Below, piece by piece: positions 43,674 to 53,198 of a DNA stretch of 54,219 nucleotides. Every line of letters begins with the position of its first letter. The first letter of the stretch is position 1. Origin of the DNA: a virus (lineage: Duplodnaviria > Caudoviricetes); the IMG/VR virus record IMGVR_UViG_3300037493_001441, positions 1 through 54,219 of that record, one strand, 5' to 3'. The notes beneath the pieces were generated by a model. It made no database searches. It had not been told where the DNA came from and saw nothing but the letters and a program-made list of their open reading frames with translations. A program made the translations under genes and the position numbers.

Positions 43674-45001
43674 ACCATTCCCCTACCTTTCGGTTCTGGT
43701 TTCGACTTCGATGGAATCTCGCCAGACCATTGCCCAAAGCGGGTTTGATCGGCAACATAGAACAGGTGAACGTCACCCGTGCGGCCTTGCCGGTTCTTGG
43801 CAAGGCGCAGAAGTCCGTATGCATTCCAATCCTGTCCAATGTCTGGATCAGCCTGAATTGGCCGGTGAATGAAGGCCACAACATCAGCGTCTTGCTCAAT
43901 GGCTCCCGAGTCGCGCAGTTCGTGAAGGGCTGGCGGCGTGTTTCCCTTGTCGGCGGCTCCTCGGTTCACCTGAGCGAGACAAATCACCACGATCTCAAGC
44001 TCTTTGGCGAGAGTTTTCAAGCCCCGGCTGATTTCTTCGATTTGGTAAGCGCGAGATACCTTGCTGTCAGTCCCGGACATCAGACCGATGTAGTCCACCA
44101 CCAGAACGTCCAAGCCTCTAACCCGCTTCAACGCCCTCGCCTTGGCACGGACTTGCAAGATGTTCAATCCACCCTTATCCGACACATAGAACTTTCGCGT
44201 CTTAGCGCGTTCAATGGCATCGACAACCCTGTCGTACTCCAACCCGCGTTTAGGCCGCTTCACGTTCGATATAGACACGTTCCCGAGGATTGCCGTCTGT
44301 CTGTCCCTTACGTCAGCGTGCGGCATCTCCATCGAAAGGAATCCAACGCTGTAAGTTTGGGAAATATGCAGCCCCATCGTCATCCCAATTGCAGTTTTTC
44401 CCATCGCTGGCCGTGCGCCGATCACAACGAGGTTTCCGCGCTGGAAGCCACCATCAAGCATTTCGTCAAGGTCTGACAGCCCGGTAGTAATCCCGTGTGA
44501 CTCGCCTTTTTCACGGGCTTCGATCAAGTCCAAGTGCTGCATCGCCGCTGTATGCGCGTCCACCCATTCGTCCACAGCGTCATTTGTTGCCAGCTTGGCA
44601 AGCTCTGCCTGTGCAAGATCAATCCGTGTGTCAATGTCGCCAGCCTCAAAAGCCAGCGTTGCGATGGCTTGCGATGCGCGGTAAAGCTGACGCTCCTTTG
44701 CTTTGGCAATGATTAGCTTTGCAACAGACCCGATGCCCCTGGCGCTTGGTGCGTGAGTCTGCGAGATTTCATGGACCCGTTGCAGCGTTTCAGCACCGTC
44801 CAGTTCGTCAAACACCGTCACCGCGTCCACCGAGTTGTCACCACGGGCCAAAGCCTTCAGCATGATTCGGTAGATCAGCCCGTTAACCTCGTCGGAAAAG
44901 TGTTCCGGCTGGAGCGTGTCGGACACGGATTCGATTGCTGGCAACCATCCGAAAGCGATGGCTAAAAGCGTGTATTCGGCTTGGATTGCGGTGTCGTTCA
45001 T
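43670..45001 (-). CDS. dnaB: Replicative DNA helicase
   Basis: GARPAMGKT, SMEM, VVDYIGLM, LAQVNR, LRDSGAIEQDAD and KNRQG. Confidence 0.95.
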   Translation of the reverse strand: MNDTAIQAEYTLLAIAFGWLPAIESVSDTLQPEHFSDEVNGLIYRIMLKALARGDNSVDAVTVFDELDGAETLQRVHEISQTHAPSARGIGSVAKLIIAKAKERQLYRASQAIATLAFEAGDIDTRIDLAQAELAKLATNDAVDEWVDAHTAAMQHLDLIEAREKGESHGITTGLSDLDEMLDGGFQRGNLVVIGARPAMGKTAIGMTMGLHISQTYSVGFLSMEMPHADVRDRQTAILGNVSISNVKRPKRGLEYDRVVDAIERAKTRKFYVSDKGGLNILQVRAKARALKRVRGLDVLVVDYIGLMSGTDSKVSRAYQIEEISRGLKTLAKELEIVVICLAQVNRGAADKGNTPPALHELRDSGAIEQDADVVAFIHRPIQADPDIGQDWNAYGLLRLAKNRQGRTGDVHLFYVADQTRFGQWSGEIPSKSKPEPKGRGMV

Positions 45002-45288
45002 ACCGCTTCTGCCTGCTTAAAAATGGATTTGTTTTTGTGAATCTTTTTAGTAAAGTGGCTCACTGGCTGAAAGCAGTAAAACGACCGAATCTTTGCGTTT
45101 GGCTCGGAGAAAAAGATTTCTGCAACGCGCCATTCGATAAACGCCGGATACCGGGCCTTGTGTTCCCGCAGTTTCAGAATGAATCGCTGCGCCATCCAGC
45201 GTTCTTCTGGCTTTTCACAAGACCTGACGATTGCCCATTCCCACTCTGGAAACTCTGACGAAAGATCGTTGATCGCATGGATGTTCAT
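44998..45288 (-). CDS. Hypothetical protein
   Basis: ATGA-coupled between initiator and helicase. Confidence 0.55.
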   Translation of the reverse strand: MNIHAINDLSSEFPEWEWAIVRSCEKPEERWMAQRFILKLREHKARYPAFIEWRVAEIFFSEPNAKIRSFYCFQPVSHFTKKIHKNKSIFKQAEAV

Positions 45289-46313
45289 GCTGCAATCTCC
45301 TTGGCTTTGTTTTCGTAGGAACCTTGAATCACTTTTTCAAAGTTCGATTTGTTGACCAGCCAAATCAAATCGCAGGCCCATTCGGTTTGTCGGCCAGTCA
45401 GAAAATCAGAGTCGGCAACGTAGGCAAAGAATCGACCAAACCACTCAACACCCTCAGCCTCTGTGGTCGCCATGCGTTCGCCCTTGCGCTTGCCTTTTTC
45501 GTGGCAGGCCGTCATCAGCCAAGCCCAACGCGATTTCAGGGTTGGCGCGTTTTTTCCATCGCGCCACAGGCTGCGGGTTGGTTGTGCAAGTCCGGGGAGT
45601 TTGTCAGCAAAGGCATCAAGGATTTTTTCGTGTGGGCAGTCGATAACCGAAGGTTTCGACAAAGAAGGTATTACTCTCTTCTTATCTGTATCTGTTCTGT
45701 TCTGTGGAGTTACAGTAACCGTTACAGGTCGTGACTCCATCCAAGAAAGCCACAACTTTTCGGTTGCTTTGTTGTTGAATGAATAGCCTGCTTCCGCAGG
45801 CGTACGCCCTGCTTTTCCGCTGTTGCATGTCTTGCAAGCAGTAGCTAGGTTTTCAATGCTGTCATCCCCACCTTTACAGGTAGGCAGAACATGGTCAATG
45901 CAAAGGTTTTCATCTGATCCGCAGTAGACACATGCGTGACCATCACGTTGGTTAACGGTTACAGCGTGTTTTGTGTAACCGTTACTTGTTAGACCGAGTG
46001 CTTTCCTGTTCGCCCGGTACTTCTGAACCCTTGACACACTGTTGTCAGCAGTGAACTGCCGCTTTTCCCAATTCAGCAGATTCCAATCGGAATCAATGAA
46101 CCCTTTTTTTATGAAAAGTTCTTTTGTTTCCTCTGTTGTAGCAAGATCAATGCGAAGGGAAAAAGCAACCTCTTCATCAGTTCTTCCCTCAAGCTGGTCA
46201 GAGCAACGCATACACATAACCATGATGTAACGGCGCTGCATAGACTCAGAAAGCATCTGCACCTTGGGATCGTGCGAGAACTCGGAGTACATGCGAAACC
46301 AAGGATTTGACAT
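45285..46313 (-). CDS. Replication initiator with inserted HNH domain
   Basis: N-terminal WFRMYSEF..DPKVQMLSE; central CVYCG...DHVLP..GG....NL..AC..CN..K; C-terminal SDFL.G...W..DL.WL....NF.KV..G.Y; upstream of DnaB. Confidence 0.8.
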   Translation of the reverse strand: MSNPWFRMYSEFSHDPKVQMLSESMQRRYIMVMCMRCSDQLEGRTDEEVAFSLRIDLATTEETKELFIKKGFIDSDWNLLNWEKRQFTADNSVSRVQKYRANRKALGLTSNGYTKHAVTVNQRDGHACVYCGSDENLCIDHVLPTCKGGDDSIENLATACKTCNSGKAGRTPAEAGYSFNNKATEKLWLSWMESRPVTVTVTPQNRTDTDKKRVIPSLSKPSVIDCPHEKILDAFADKLPGLAQPTRSLWRDGKNAPTLKSRWAWLMTACHEKGKRKGERMATTEAEGVEWFGRFFAYVADSDFLTGRQTEWACDLIWLVNKSNFEKVIQGSYENKAKEIAA

Positions 46314-46315
46314 GT

Positions 46316-46507
46316 TTACTTCACCAGCTTGTAGGATTTGTAGCGCTTGCCGTTAGCCTCAACCCACTTATCAATGACCGTGTAGCCGCCTTGTCGCAGT
46401 TCTGATACGCGAGTAGCTAGCTTCATCGTTCCGCAGTCTGTGAGCGCTTGTAGGCCCGTTGTCCAGCCTTTGCGCAGGCGTTTGATGATTGATTGCTGTT
46501 GCGTCAT
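46316..46507 (-). CDS. Small winged-HTH protein
   Basis: T.LQAL..CG.MKLATRVSELR..GY.V. Confidence 0.75.
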   Translation of the reverse strand: MTQQQSIIKRLRKGWTTGLQALTDCGTMKLATRVSELRQGGYTVIDKWVEANGKRYKSYKLVK

Positions 46508-46766
46508 ATCGAAGCCTTTGATAATTTCAACTGCTTAACCAAATCAGTTTTTACGCAGCTTGGTTGCTCTTGATTCACGCGAGTCATGTTGTTGCGCATC
46601 TGCTTTTCAGACTGCTGGCGAATCTGGATGCCTTTGGCGGGGATGGTGAAGGCGTTTGACATTTTTTTAGCACGGTTGCGCACAGGTTAAAGAACTGACG
46701 GCAGGTGCTGTGCTATCACTTTTCGACGCGGGGATCAATCCACGTCTAGCCGGGTTCATGTGAACT

Positions 46767-46794
46767 ATTGTAGTAATAGTTTCGATATTTGCAA
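46767..46794 (-). promoter_or_regulatory. Putative promoter of the replication arm
   Basis: TTGCAA-N16-TACAAT on the minus strand. Confidence 0.55.
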
Positions 46795-46803
46795 TGTTTT
46801 TCT

Positions 46804-46953
46804 TCACTTTATGCTCTTTCGCAACTGAACAATCGCCCAGTTTATGAGCTGCTTTGTTGTGACTACCGCCACAGTTTTTGTCTTGAGGTGCTGAATCTCG
46901 AGATCATCGCCTTTGATCGTGATCTTGAGATCGGGCAGTGTTATTACTTGCAT
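46804..46953 (-). CDS. Small basic protein in the divergent control region
   Basis: 49-aa ORF from ATG 46953. Confidence 0.5.
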   Translation of the reverse strand: MQVITLPDLKITIKGDDLEIQHLKTKTVAVVTTKQLINWAIVQLRKSIK

Positions 46954-47218
46954 AGGATACTTTCGTTGTAGTCCAATTCTCGTTATCAAATCCAGCTTTC
47001 GTCTAATTGATTCTCTCAATTAACAATTTAAATTCGATACATTTTTTTGCTTTGACCATAGCAAGTTTACGAACGAAACTACATCCATGCCATCACAAAA
47101 CGAGTGGTGGAGCAATCACCGCTTGAAGCTGAGATGAACGAGGGACGGTAAGAAAAAGTCAGTCCCGATTTGAAAGTGCATTCAGCGAGTGTGCTTTCAC
47201 ATTAACAAGGAGAACGAC

Positions 47219-47578
47219 ATGGGACACATAGACACATCGAATCTGCATCCAGTTTTTCAGCAAGCACTCGCACCATTCATTCAATCGAAAGCAAGCAAGG
47301 CGGCTCGCAAGTCAACCGACACATTCCATTACTGCCTGAACGGTGTTGATCTGGTTTGCGAGCTGGACTACGAACGCGCATCAGGTGACGGTTGGAACGA
47401 GCCTCGCGAACCCGAGTGCGCTGATCTGTGCGAAGCGTTCTGCGGCGATACAGACATTATCGAAATTCTCAGCGACGGACAGCGCAAGCAAATTGAGACT
47501 GCTTACCTTGAGCAAGACAGGAGCGACGACGGTTGCGATGAACCCGACTTTGCGCCAGACGAAACAAGTTTTGGATAA
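47219..47578 (+). CDS. Acidic hypothetical protein, first gene of the plus arm
   Basis: AAGGAG RBS. Confidence 0.7.
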   Translation: MGHIDTSNLHPVFQQALAPFIQSKASKAARKSTDTFHYCLNGVDLVCELDYERASGDGWNEPREPECADLCEAFCGDTDIIEILSDGQRKQIETAYLEQDRSDDGCDEPDFAPDETSFG

Positions 47579-47913
47579 GGGGAACGATATGAAAAAAGGC
47601 TACATAGAAGATGACCACGGCTACTCCGGCAGCTTTAGCTGGTGGCGCTGCGCTAATCCTTGCTTCTGGACAGTCTTGTCCTACGGGCAATTCACCCGCA
47701 GCGGCATTGCGGTTTGCGATGACTTTGGGACGCTGGTGGAAGTATGACCTACGCGCACATCAAGCTGTCCATGCACGTTTATGCCGACGCATGGGACAAC
47801 AAAGGCGAGTTGACTGTCGTGATGAATGGCCGAACTGTAACGCAAGAGCTAACTCGCGAACAGATTGCGGCAATCAAACAGATCATTGCTGATGAAGGTA
47901 TCGAGGTCCGAGC

Positions 47914-48105
47914 ATGAACTGGCTACAGCAAATCGGTGCCGTGTTCAGGGCACCAACCGCCGAAGTTCTTGCAGTGCAGGAACTAGCAGACGCAAAACGA
48001 AGCCTGCTATCTGCACTAAGCGCGCAAGAGTATGCCAGCGCATTAGTTACATATAACACCGCCCGGGTTGCAAGGCTCGGTAAACACGTTAAGGATGTCG
48101 CATGA
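47914..48105 (+). CDS. Hypothetical protein
   Basis: GAGG RBS; PT.E.LA..EL..A.R.LL pattern. Confidence 0.6.
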   Translation: MNWLQQIGAVFRAPTAEVLAVQELADAKRSLLSALSAQEYASALVTYNTARVARLGKHVKDVA

Positions 48106-48321
48106 TACACGTTAACCTTTATCTGCGACATCTGTTTGATGTGATGTTGGCAACGGCAATCGCAGTCGGATTGGCTTGGTGGATTATCGAATGGGCTTGT
48201 CAAACATGAAAGCACTACTACACCCAATCATTTTTTACCGCTATCTGAAGTTTCACAAGAGCGGAGACCGCCCGTTTATCACGGTGATAAATATGGCAAT
48301 CGACAGTACACGGTGGTTTGC

Positions 48322-48528
48322 ATGAACTACATCGACGGAATTGTGGACGCGCCGTTTGACACGGCAGAGAGTCAAGATGAGGCAGCAGCGCACCACGAAT
48401 ACTCGCTAAATGTGCTTTACCTAATCGGTAACGAGTACGGCGTGTCAGATAGCCATATGAAGCTGTTGTGTGGGTTGGCTTGCATCCGTTTTGCAGAACT
48501 TCAAAAGCACAAAGGAGAGACAGTATGA
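48322..48528 (+). CDS. Hypothetical protein
   Basis: ATGA-coupled. Confidence 0.55.
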   Translation: MNYIDGIVDAPFDTAESQDEAAAHHEYSLNVLYLIGNEYGVSDSHMKLLCGLACIRFAELQKHKGETV

Positions 48529-49190
48529 GTATTGCTTGTATGGTGTTGGGGCAAAGCGGCACCGGCAAAACAACCAGCCTTCGCAATCTAAACCCAGCCG
48601 AAGTGCTGTTGATTCAGGCCGTGAAAAAGCCACTCCCGTTCCGCGCAAAGGGATGGGGACCATGCACCAAGGGAACCCCGGACGGGTCAACCATCGTCAC
48701 GGACAACGCGCAAACCATCGTGGGAGCAATGCAGCGTACCCACAAGCCAATCATCATCATTGATGACTTCCAGTACATCCTTGCTAACGAATTCATGCGC
48801 CGGGTGCTGGACAACGAAACCGGCAATGCAGCCTTTGCCAAGTACAACGAAATCGCCCGTAACGCCTGGGACATTCTGATGTGTGCCGGGAAGCTGGCAG
48901 ACAGTACCCGCGTCTACATCCTTGCCCATACCCAGCAGGACGAATCCGGCCATGTCAAGGCTAAGACGATTGGCAAATTGCTGGATGAAAAGATCACGAT
49001 TGAAGGTCTGTTGACCATCGTTATGCGTACCGCTGTCATCAATGGGCAGTACCTGTTCAGCACGCAAAACAACGGGCTAGACACGGTTAAGACACCTATG
49101 CAGATGTTTGATTCCGAGCATATCGAAAACGATCTTGCCAAGGTAGATCAGACCATTTGCGATTACTACCAGATTGGAGTTGTAGCGTGA
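48525..49190 (+). CDS. Sak4-like AAA ATPase (recombinase)
   Basis: GQSGTGKTT Walker A, IIIDDFQY Walker B, KTIGKLLD and KTP..MF. Confidence 0.85.
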   Translation: MSIACMVLGQSGTGKTTSLRNLNPAEVLLIQAVKKPLPFRAKGWGPCTKGTPDGSTIVTDNAQTIVGAMQRTHKPIIIIDDFQYILANEFMRRVLDNETGNAAFAKYNEIARNAWDILMCAGKLADSTRVYILAHTQQDESGHVKAKTIGKLLDEKITIEGLLTIVMRTAVINGQYLFSTQNNGLDTVKTPMQMFDSEHIENDLAKVDQTICDYYQIGVVA

Positions 49191-49645
49191 TTACATACAA
49201 CGATTTACGAGCGCATTTAGCGTTTGATCCTGAAACAGGATTATTTACGCTGCGTAACACAGCAAGAAGATGGAAAGCAGGAACTCAAGCTGGATGTATC
49301 AATGGGCAAGGCTACATACAAATCAGGATAGCTGGAAGGCTGTATTACGCCCATCGTTTGGCTTGGCTATACATGCACGGAACATGGCCTTCAGAAGTTA
49401 TTGATCACATAAACGGCATTAAGTCTGACAACCGTTTAAAGAATCTGCGCGATGTTTCAACGCAGAAAAACGCTCAAAACTTCACCAAGCCAAACGCAAA
49501 TAACTCAACTGGCTATTTAGGCGTTTCGATGCGAGGAAATAAGTTTCTAGCTTTTCGATCCGGTAAATATTTGGGGATGACAAATACACCCGAACAGGCG
49601 CACCTGCTGTATCAGGCTGCAAAACAACTCACTCAACCCGCTTAA
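49187..49645 (+). CDS. HNH homing endonuclease
   Basis: AHRLAWLYMHG.WP..VIDHING.KSDNRLKNLR. Confidence 0.9.
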   Translation: MITYNDLRAHLAFDPETGLFTLRNTARRWKAGTQAGCINGQGYIQIRIAGRLYYAHRLAWLYMHGTWPSEVIDHINGIKSDNRLKNLRDVSTQKNAQNFTKPNANNSTGYLGVSMRGNKFLAFRSGKYLGMTNTPEQAHLLYQAAKQLTQPA

Positions 49646-49663
49646 CTCAAAGGAAAAAGCACC

Positions 49664-50365
49664 ATGTATCAACTCGACGTAAACGAAGCCCGTAAAGCTG
49701 ACACGCAAGGAAACCAAATCAAAGAGATTGGCAAGTACATCGGCCAGATCACGCAGGCAGAGGACATTACCGCCAAGACCGGAACCAAAGGTATTGCCCT
49801 GAGCTTCACCAGCAATGCAGGCCAAAAGACCAAGGTCAGCATCTACACGATGAAGGCTGATGGATCGAAGATCGGAGGGTTCTCCATGCTCAATGCATTG
49901 ATGACCTGTTTGCAGCTTCGCTCCATTGCGCCAAAGGCCGGGACCGTCACCCGCTATGACTACGACACCAAGGCAGAAGTAAAGGAGCAAGGAAGTGTAT
50001 TCCCCGACCTATGCAAGCCTGTCGGTATCTTGCTGGAGACAGAGGACTTTGCAAAGAATGACTGCGGCACCGGAACCCGAATGGTTCTGCGTGGCGTGTT
50101 CCAGGCAAACACCGAACTGACGGCCAGCGAGATTCTGGACCGCAAGACAACGCCAGAAGCCTTGCCAAAGATTGTAGCTGCACTGCGCCACCACCCAATA
50201 AAAGCAGCACGGGCCATGCCTGAGCGTACACACGGCGGTGGACACATGCCGGATGACCAGTTCTTTGCTGACCCTGACGACTCTGAAATCCCATTTGCCA
50301 CTGCGTCAATGCACTACGACTTGACTACCAGCAAGCAACGCAAGCTGGCACGTTACGACTATTAA
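49664..50365 (+). CDS. SSB-like protein (DUF669-like) of the Sak4 module
   Basis: GKY.G.I..AE N-terminus; acidic D..IPF motif near the C-terminus; synteny. Confidence 0.6.
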   Translation: MYQLDVNEARKADTQGNQIKEIGKYIGQITQAEDITAKTGTKGIALSFTSNAGQKTKVSIYTMKADGSKIGGFSMLNALMTCLQLRSIAPKAGTVTRYDYDTKAEVKEQGSVFPDLCKPVGILLETEDFAKNDCGTGTRMVLRGVFQANTELTASEILDRKTTPEALPKIVAALRHHPIKAARAMPERTHGGGHMPDDQFFADPDDSEIPFATASMHYDLTTSKQRKLARYDY

Positions 50366-50446
50366 TTTACGGGGAGGCAATCAAGTGTGATGTCCACTTG
50401 AGTCCTGCAAGACAGCCTCCCCCCCCCACCTATTTGAAGGCAAATT

Positions 50447-50785
50447 ATGGAAATCACTTTTAGGCTCGAAAGTCTGTCAGAAGTCGGGCAATTACGCGAC
50501 TGGCTCAATGCACTAAACGCTGTGGATATGCGATCTAACGTACTCACAAACTCGCCAATTAGCGGGCTTTACCTGACTGTGCGATCTGAGAATTGCCTTG
50601 TTTCAGAAGGCATTAAAACCATTGGGCAACTGATTACGTGGAGTGGTGGCGCTTTGTACAAACTGCCAAATTTAGGAAGTAAATCACTGAATGAAATCAA
50701 GGATGCGCTCACTAGATTAGGTCTGACGCTGGCGTCAACTGAAAGCGCAACCTGCGAATACACACCAACTGAAAGCACATCATGA
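50447..50785 (+). CDS. RNA polymerase alpha C-terminal domain homolog
   Basis: LTVRSENCL..EGI.TIG.L......L.KLPNLGSKSLNEIKD.L..LGL.L, matching the RpoA CTD. Confidence 0.9.
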   Translation: MEITFRLESLSEVGQLRDWLNALNAVDMRSNVLTNSPISGLYLTVRSENCLVSEGIKTIGQLITWSGGALYKLPNLGSKSLNEIKDALTRLGLTLASTESATCEYTPTESTS

Positions 50786-50997
50786 ACAAAAAATCATTTC
50801 ACGCACCAGAAGGCCATAAGCGCCTAACTATCAATTTGCGCGATGACTTGCATAAAAAATTGAAACTCGTTGCCGTAGAAACGGAATGCACGGCAACCGA
50901 TTTGATTCAACGATTCATTGAAGAAATGCTAAATCAATCGGTAGCTAGTTGGCTTGTCATAAAGAAGGATGGCATAAAGAAGGATGAAAAATCATGA
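50782..50997 (+). CDS. Ribbon-helix-helix DNA-binding protein
   Basis: KRLTINLRDDLHKKLKL.A......TDLI. Confidence 0.75.
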   Translation: MNKKSFHAPEGHKRLTINLRDDLHKKLKLVAVETECTATDLIQRFIEEMLNQSVASWLVIKKDGIKKDEKS

Positions 50998-51179
50998 AAC
51001 TAGCAACGCTGAAATTCAATGGAAATAGCGGCGAGGGAAGCGTTGGATTGTCCACTGCTTTCCTTAAATCAGATTGGGTGGTTCAGGCTGATTCATTGCA
51101 GGACTGGATCGTGGACTTGCAAGACTTATACGCGCAATTATTAGAAACGCATCAACCTATTCGCAAGGAAAAAAAATGA
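50994..51179 (+). CDS. Hypothetical protein
   Basis: ATGA-coupled. Confidence 0.55.
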   Translation: MKLATLKFNGNSGEGSVGLSTAFLKSDWVVQADSLQDWIVDLQDLYAQLLETHQPIRKEKK

Positions 51180-51673
51180 AGATTAGTTTATATTCCGCAG
51201 CCGCTGACATTCAGAACCGCATTGCTCTGTGCGTTGACGATGATGGAGTGATCGACACCGACAAGATGGATCTGATTGACTGCACTTTCAAAGACAAAGC
51301 AATCGCAACCGTCGCAGTCTACAAAGGCAAGGGACACACGATTGAAACGCTGGAAAGCTATCTGCTTGAGATTCAGACGCAGATTAAGCGTGAGAAAGCG
51401 AACCAGGCGCGATTGAAGGACTACTTGCAAGCCTGTATGTCAATCACTGGCACGATAAGCATCAAGAGCGATGACGGGCTATTGCAAGCCACGCTATCAG
51501 TCGGACGCGATGAGTCGGTGGAGATTGATGACGGCGCTAAGTTTCCGCCTGAGCTGTGCAACAAGCCCAAAGAACCAGATCCAAGCAAGACGCTTATCAA
51601 GGCTGCGATTCTGGCCGGTGAAGCGATTGCAGGGGCTCGGATCGTGCGCAAAGACCGCTTGCAGATCAAGTAA
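51176..51673 (+). CDS. Gp157-family protein
   Basis: SLY..., RLKDYL..CM...G and P.KTLIKAAI..GE.I.GARIV...RLQIK. Confidence 0.8.
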   Translation: MKISLYSAAADIQNRIALCVDDDGVIDTDKMDLIDCTFKDKAIATVAVYKGKGHTIETLESYLLEIQTQIKREKANQARLKDYLQACMSITGTISIKSDDGLLQATLSVGRDESVEIDDGAKFPPELCNKPKEPDPSKTLIKAAILAGEAIAGARIVRKDRLQIK

Positions 51674-51827
51674 CGAATTCCAACAACCCTTATTTGTACA
51701 AATAGAGAGATAGACAAATTGAAAGCACAAGACCTGTTTCTAGGAGTCGTAGGACTACTGATCCTTGCGGTGTTTGGGTCGATCTACTGCGTCATTTCAT
51801 GGATATTTACAGGCGAGGCATTTCCAA

Positions 51828-52040
51828 ATGACTGAAGAATATGTGAAATGGAAGCGTGAAGCCGAGAGTGCAAAACATATCAAGCAACAGCTGGATGCCG
51901 ATCGGTATCGGTTCTTGCGCGATAACTTTGCTACAAAGTCTGCTAATAGCGTCGATGATTTCATCAAGTTGGAGCCGATGACGGGCGACTACTTTGATGC
52001 ACATATTGACATACTTATGAAGGAGTTTAGAAATGTGTAA
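51828..52040 (+). CDS. Hypothetical protein
   Basis: DADRYRFLRD module. Confidence 0.55.
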   Translation: MTEEYVKWKREAESAKHIKQQLDADRYRFLRDNFATKSANSVDDFIKLEPMTGDYFDAHIDILMKEFRNV

Positions 52041-52187
52041 CGGTATTTGTAATCAAGGCCGAAGTTGTGATTGCAACGAACCTTACTCCACGATCCAGCG
52101 TATCGCTGACGTGATCTTCAACTTCCTGACGGCCATCGGTGCCGTTGCATTCGCTGGCATCGTCGGGTACTTTTGGGCGAGGTTCTT

Positions 52188-52508
52188 ATGAAAACCAAAG
52201 TAAGCGAAGCGTCCGGCCCTGTGCTGGACTGGATGGTGGCGAAGGCGAACCAAACGGCAGGGTTGGTGAAGTCCGACCCGATGCTGGATTGTATGAGCTA
52301 CTTCACCCCATCAACCAACTGGTCACAAGGTGGCCCGATCTTGCAAAACCACATCAGTGAACTCATCGACTGTTCGGATGAAGGTTGGGAAGCCTGCTGC
52401 AACGGAACCTACGGGGCCACAGGGGATACCGCATTGATCGCAGTATGCAGAGCCTACGTTGCCTCCAAGCTGGGCGAGGAAGTCGAGGTGCCCGATGAAC
52501 TTATCTGA
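52188..52508 (+). CDS. NinX/DUF2591-like protein
   Basis: LDW.VAKA...PSTNWSQGGPI...G.T.LIA.CRAYVASKLGEEVEVP. Confidence 0.75.
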   Translation: MKTKVSEASGPVLDWMVAKANQTAGLVKSDPMLDCMSYFTPSTNWSQGGPILQNHISELIDCSDEGWEACCNGTYGATGDTALIAVCRAYVASKLGEEVEVPDELI

Positions 52509-52797
52509 CCCAGAAATCTCAAGACAACTCGCTCTCGCTATTGGGTGGAGCCAAGCAGAAGTATTTTCAATGTTGGGGTGCCTTGTTCGCTTCGAAGAAA
52601 AAGATGCACAAGGTTGGATTTCATTCGACTACCGCTACTGGAGCGTCATCGGCCCGATAGCGGAGGCGTTTGATCTGTTCCCGTATCGCACACATGAACT
52701 CGAATGGACAACACACGTTGAAGACTACGAGACGTATAGCACCCCGCAGAAAGCCATCGCAATGGCAGTAATAGGAGCGAAGAAATGGACCTACTAA
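52495..52797 (+). CDS. NinX-like protein (second copy)
   Basis: LSD.EI...LALAIGW...FDYR.W..IGPI. Confidence 0.55.
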   Translation: MNLSDPEISRQLALAIGWSQAEVFSMLGCLVRFEEKDAQGWISFDYRYWSVIGPIAEAFDLFPYRTHELEWTTHVEDYETYSTPQKAIAMAVIGAKKWTY

Positions 52798-53198
52798 CTG
52801 ACGACGAAATCCGCGCTATCCAAGCACGGCACCCTACAGACAACAACCCGATGGACTTCGCCCGTGCCATCATCGCCGCCACTATCGACAAGCTGGCAGC
52901 GGGTGTGAGCGTGGAGCCTGTACACCACATCATGTCCGACGGTGTGGCAATCGGGTACTACTCGCTCGACCAACTCCAAACCGCAATCGCAGCAGCGCAT
53001 CTAGCAGGACGCAAATCAGTCCACGACTCTTGTGTTGATCTGTGGAAGGATGATTTTCTCGCAGCAGCACTGGAAGAAGCGGCGAAGGTTGTCGAAGCAG
53101 ACGCAGTGAAGAACCCGATCACTGCCTACCAACTGCAATACAACCTGTCGTTGCAACACACCGCGAAGGACATACGCGCACTAAAGGGGACACCATGA
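52785..53198 (+). CDS. Mosaic hypothetical protein
   Basis: LTDDEI...FARAI and ALEEAAKV..IRALK modules. Confidence 0.6.
   Translation: MDLLTDDEIRAIQARHPTDNNPMDFARAIIAATIDKLAAGVSVEPVHHIMSDGVAIGYYSLDQLQTAIAAAHLAGRKSVHDSCVDLWKDDFLAAALEEAAKVVEADAVKNPITAYQLQYNLSLQHTAKDIRALKGTP

Noticed and set aside
43595-44476. Long plus-strand ORFs opposite dnaB and other late genes (also 7804..8586, 6940..7689, 22077..22907)
   Set aside because: Antisense shadows of well-supported genes
47099-47110. 12-mer AACGAGTGGTGG shared with 40177-40188 (minus strand)
   Set aside because: A single 12-nt match is expected by chance in a genome this size, and no third copy was seen
51691-51704. Perfect palindrome TATTTGTACAAATA
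   Set aside because: Single AT-rich copy; possibly an operator but unsupported
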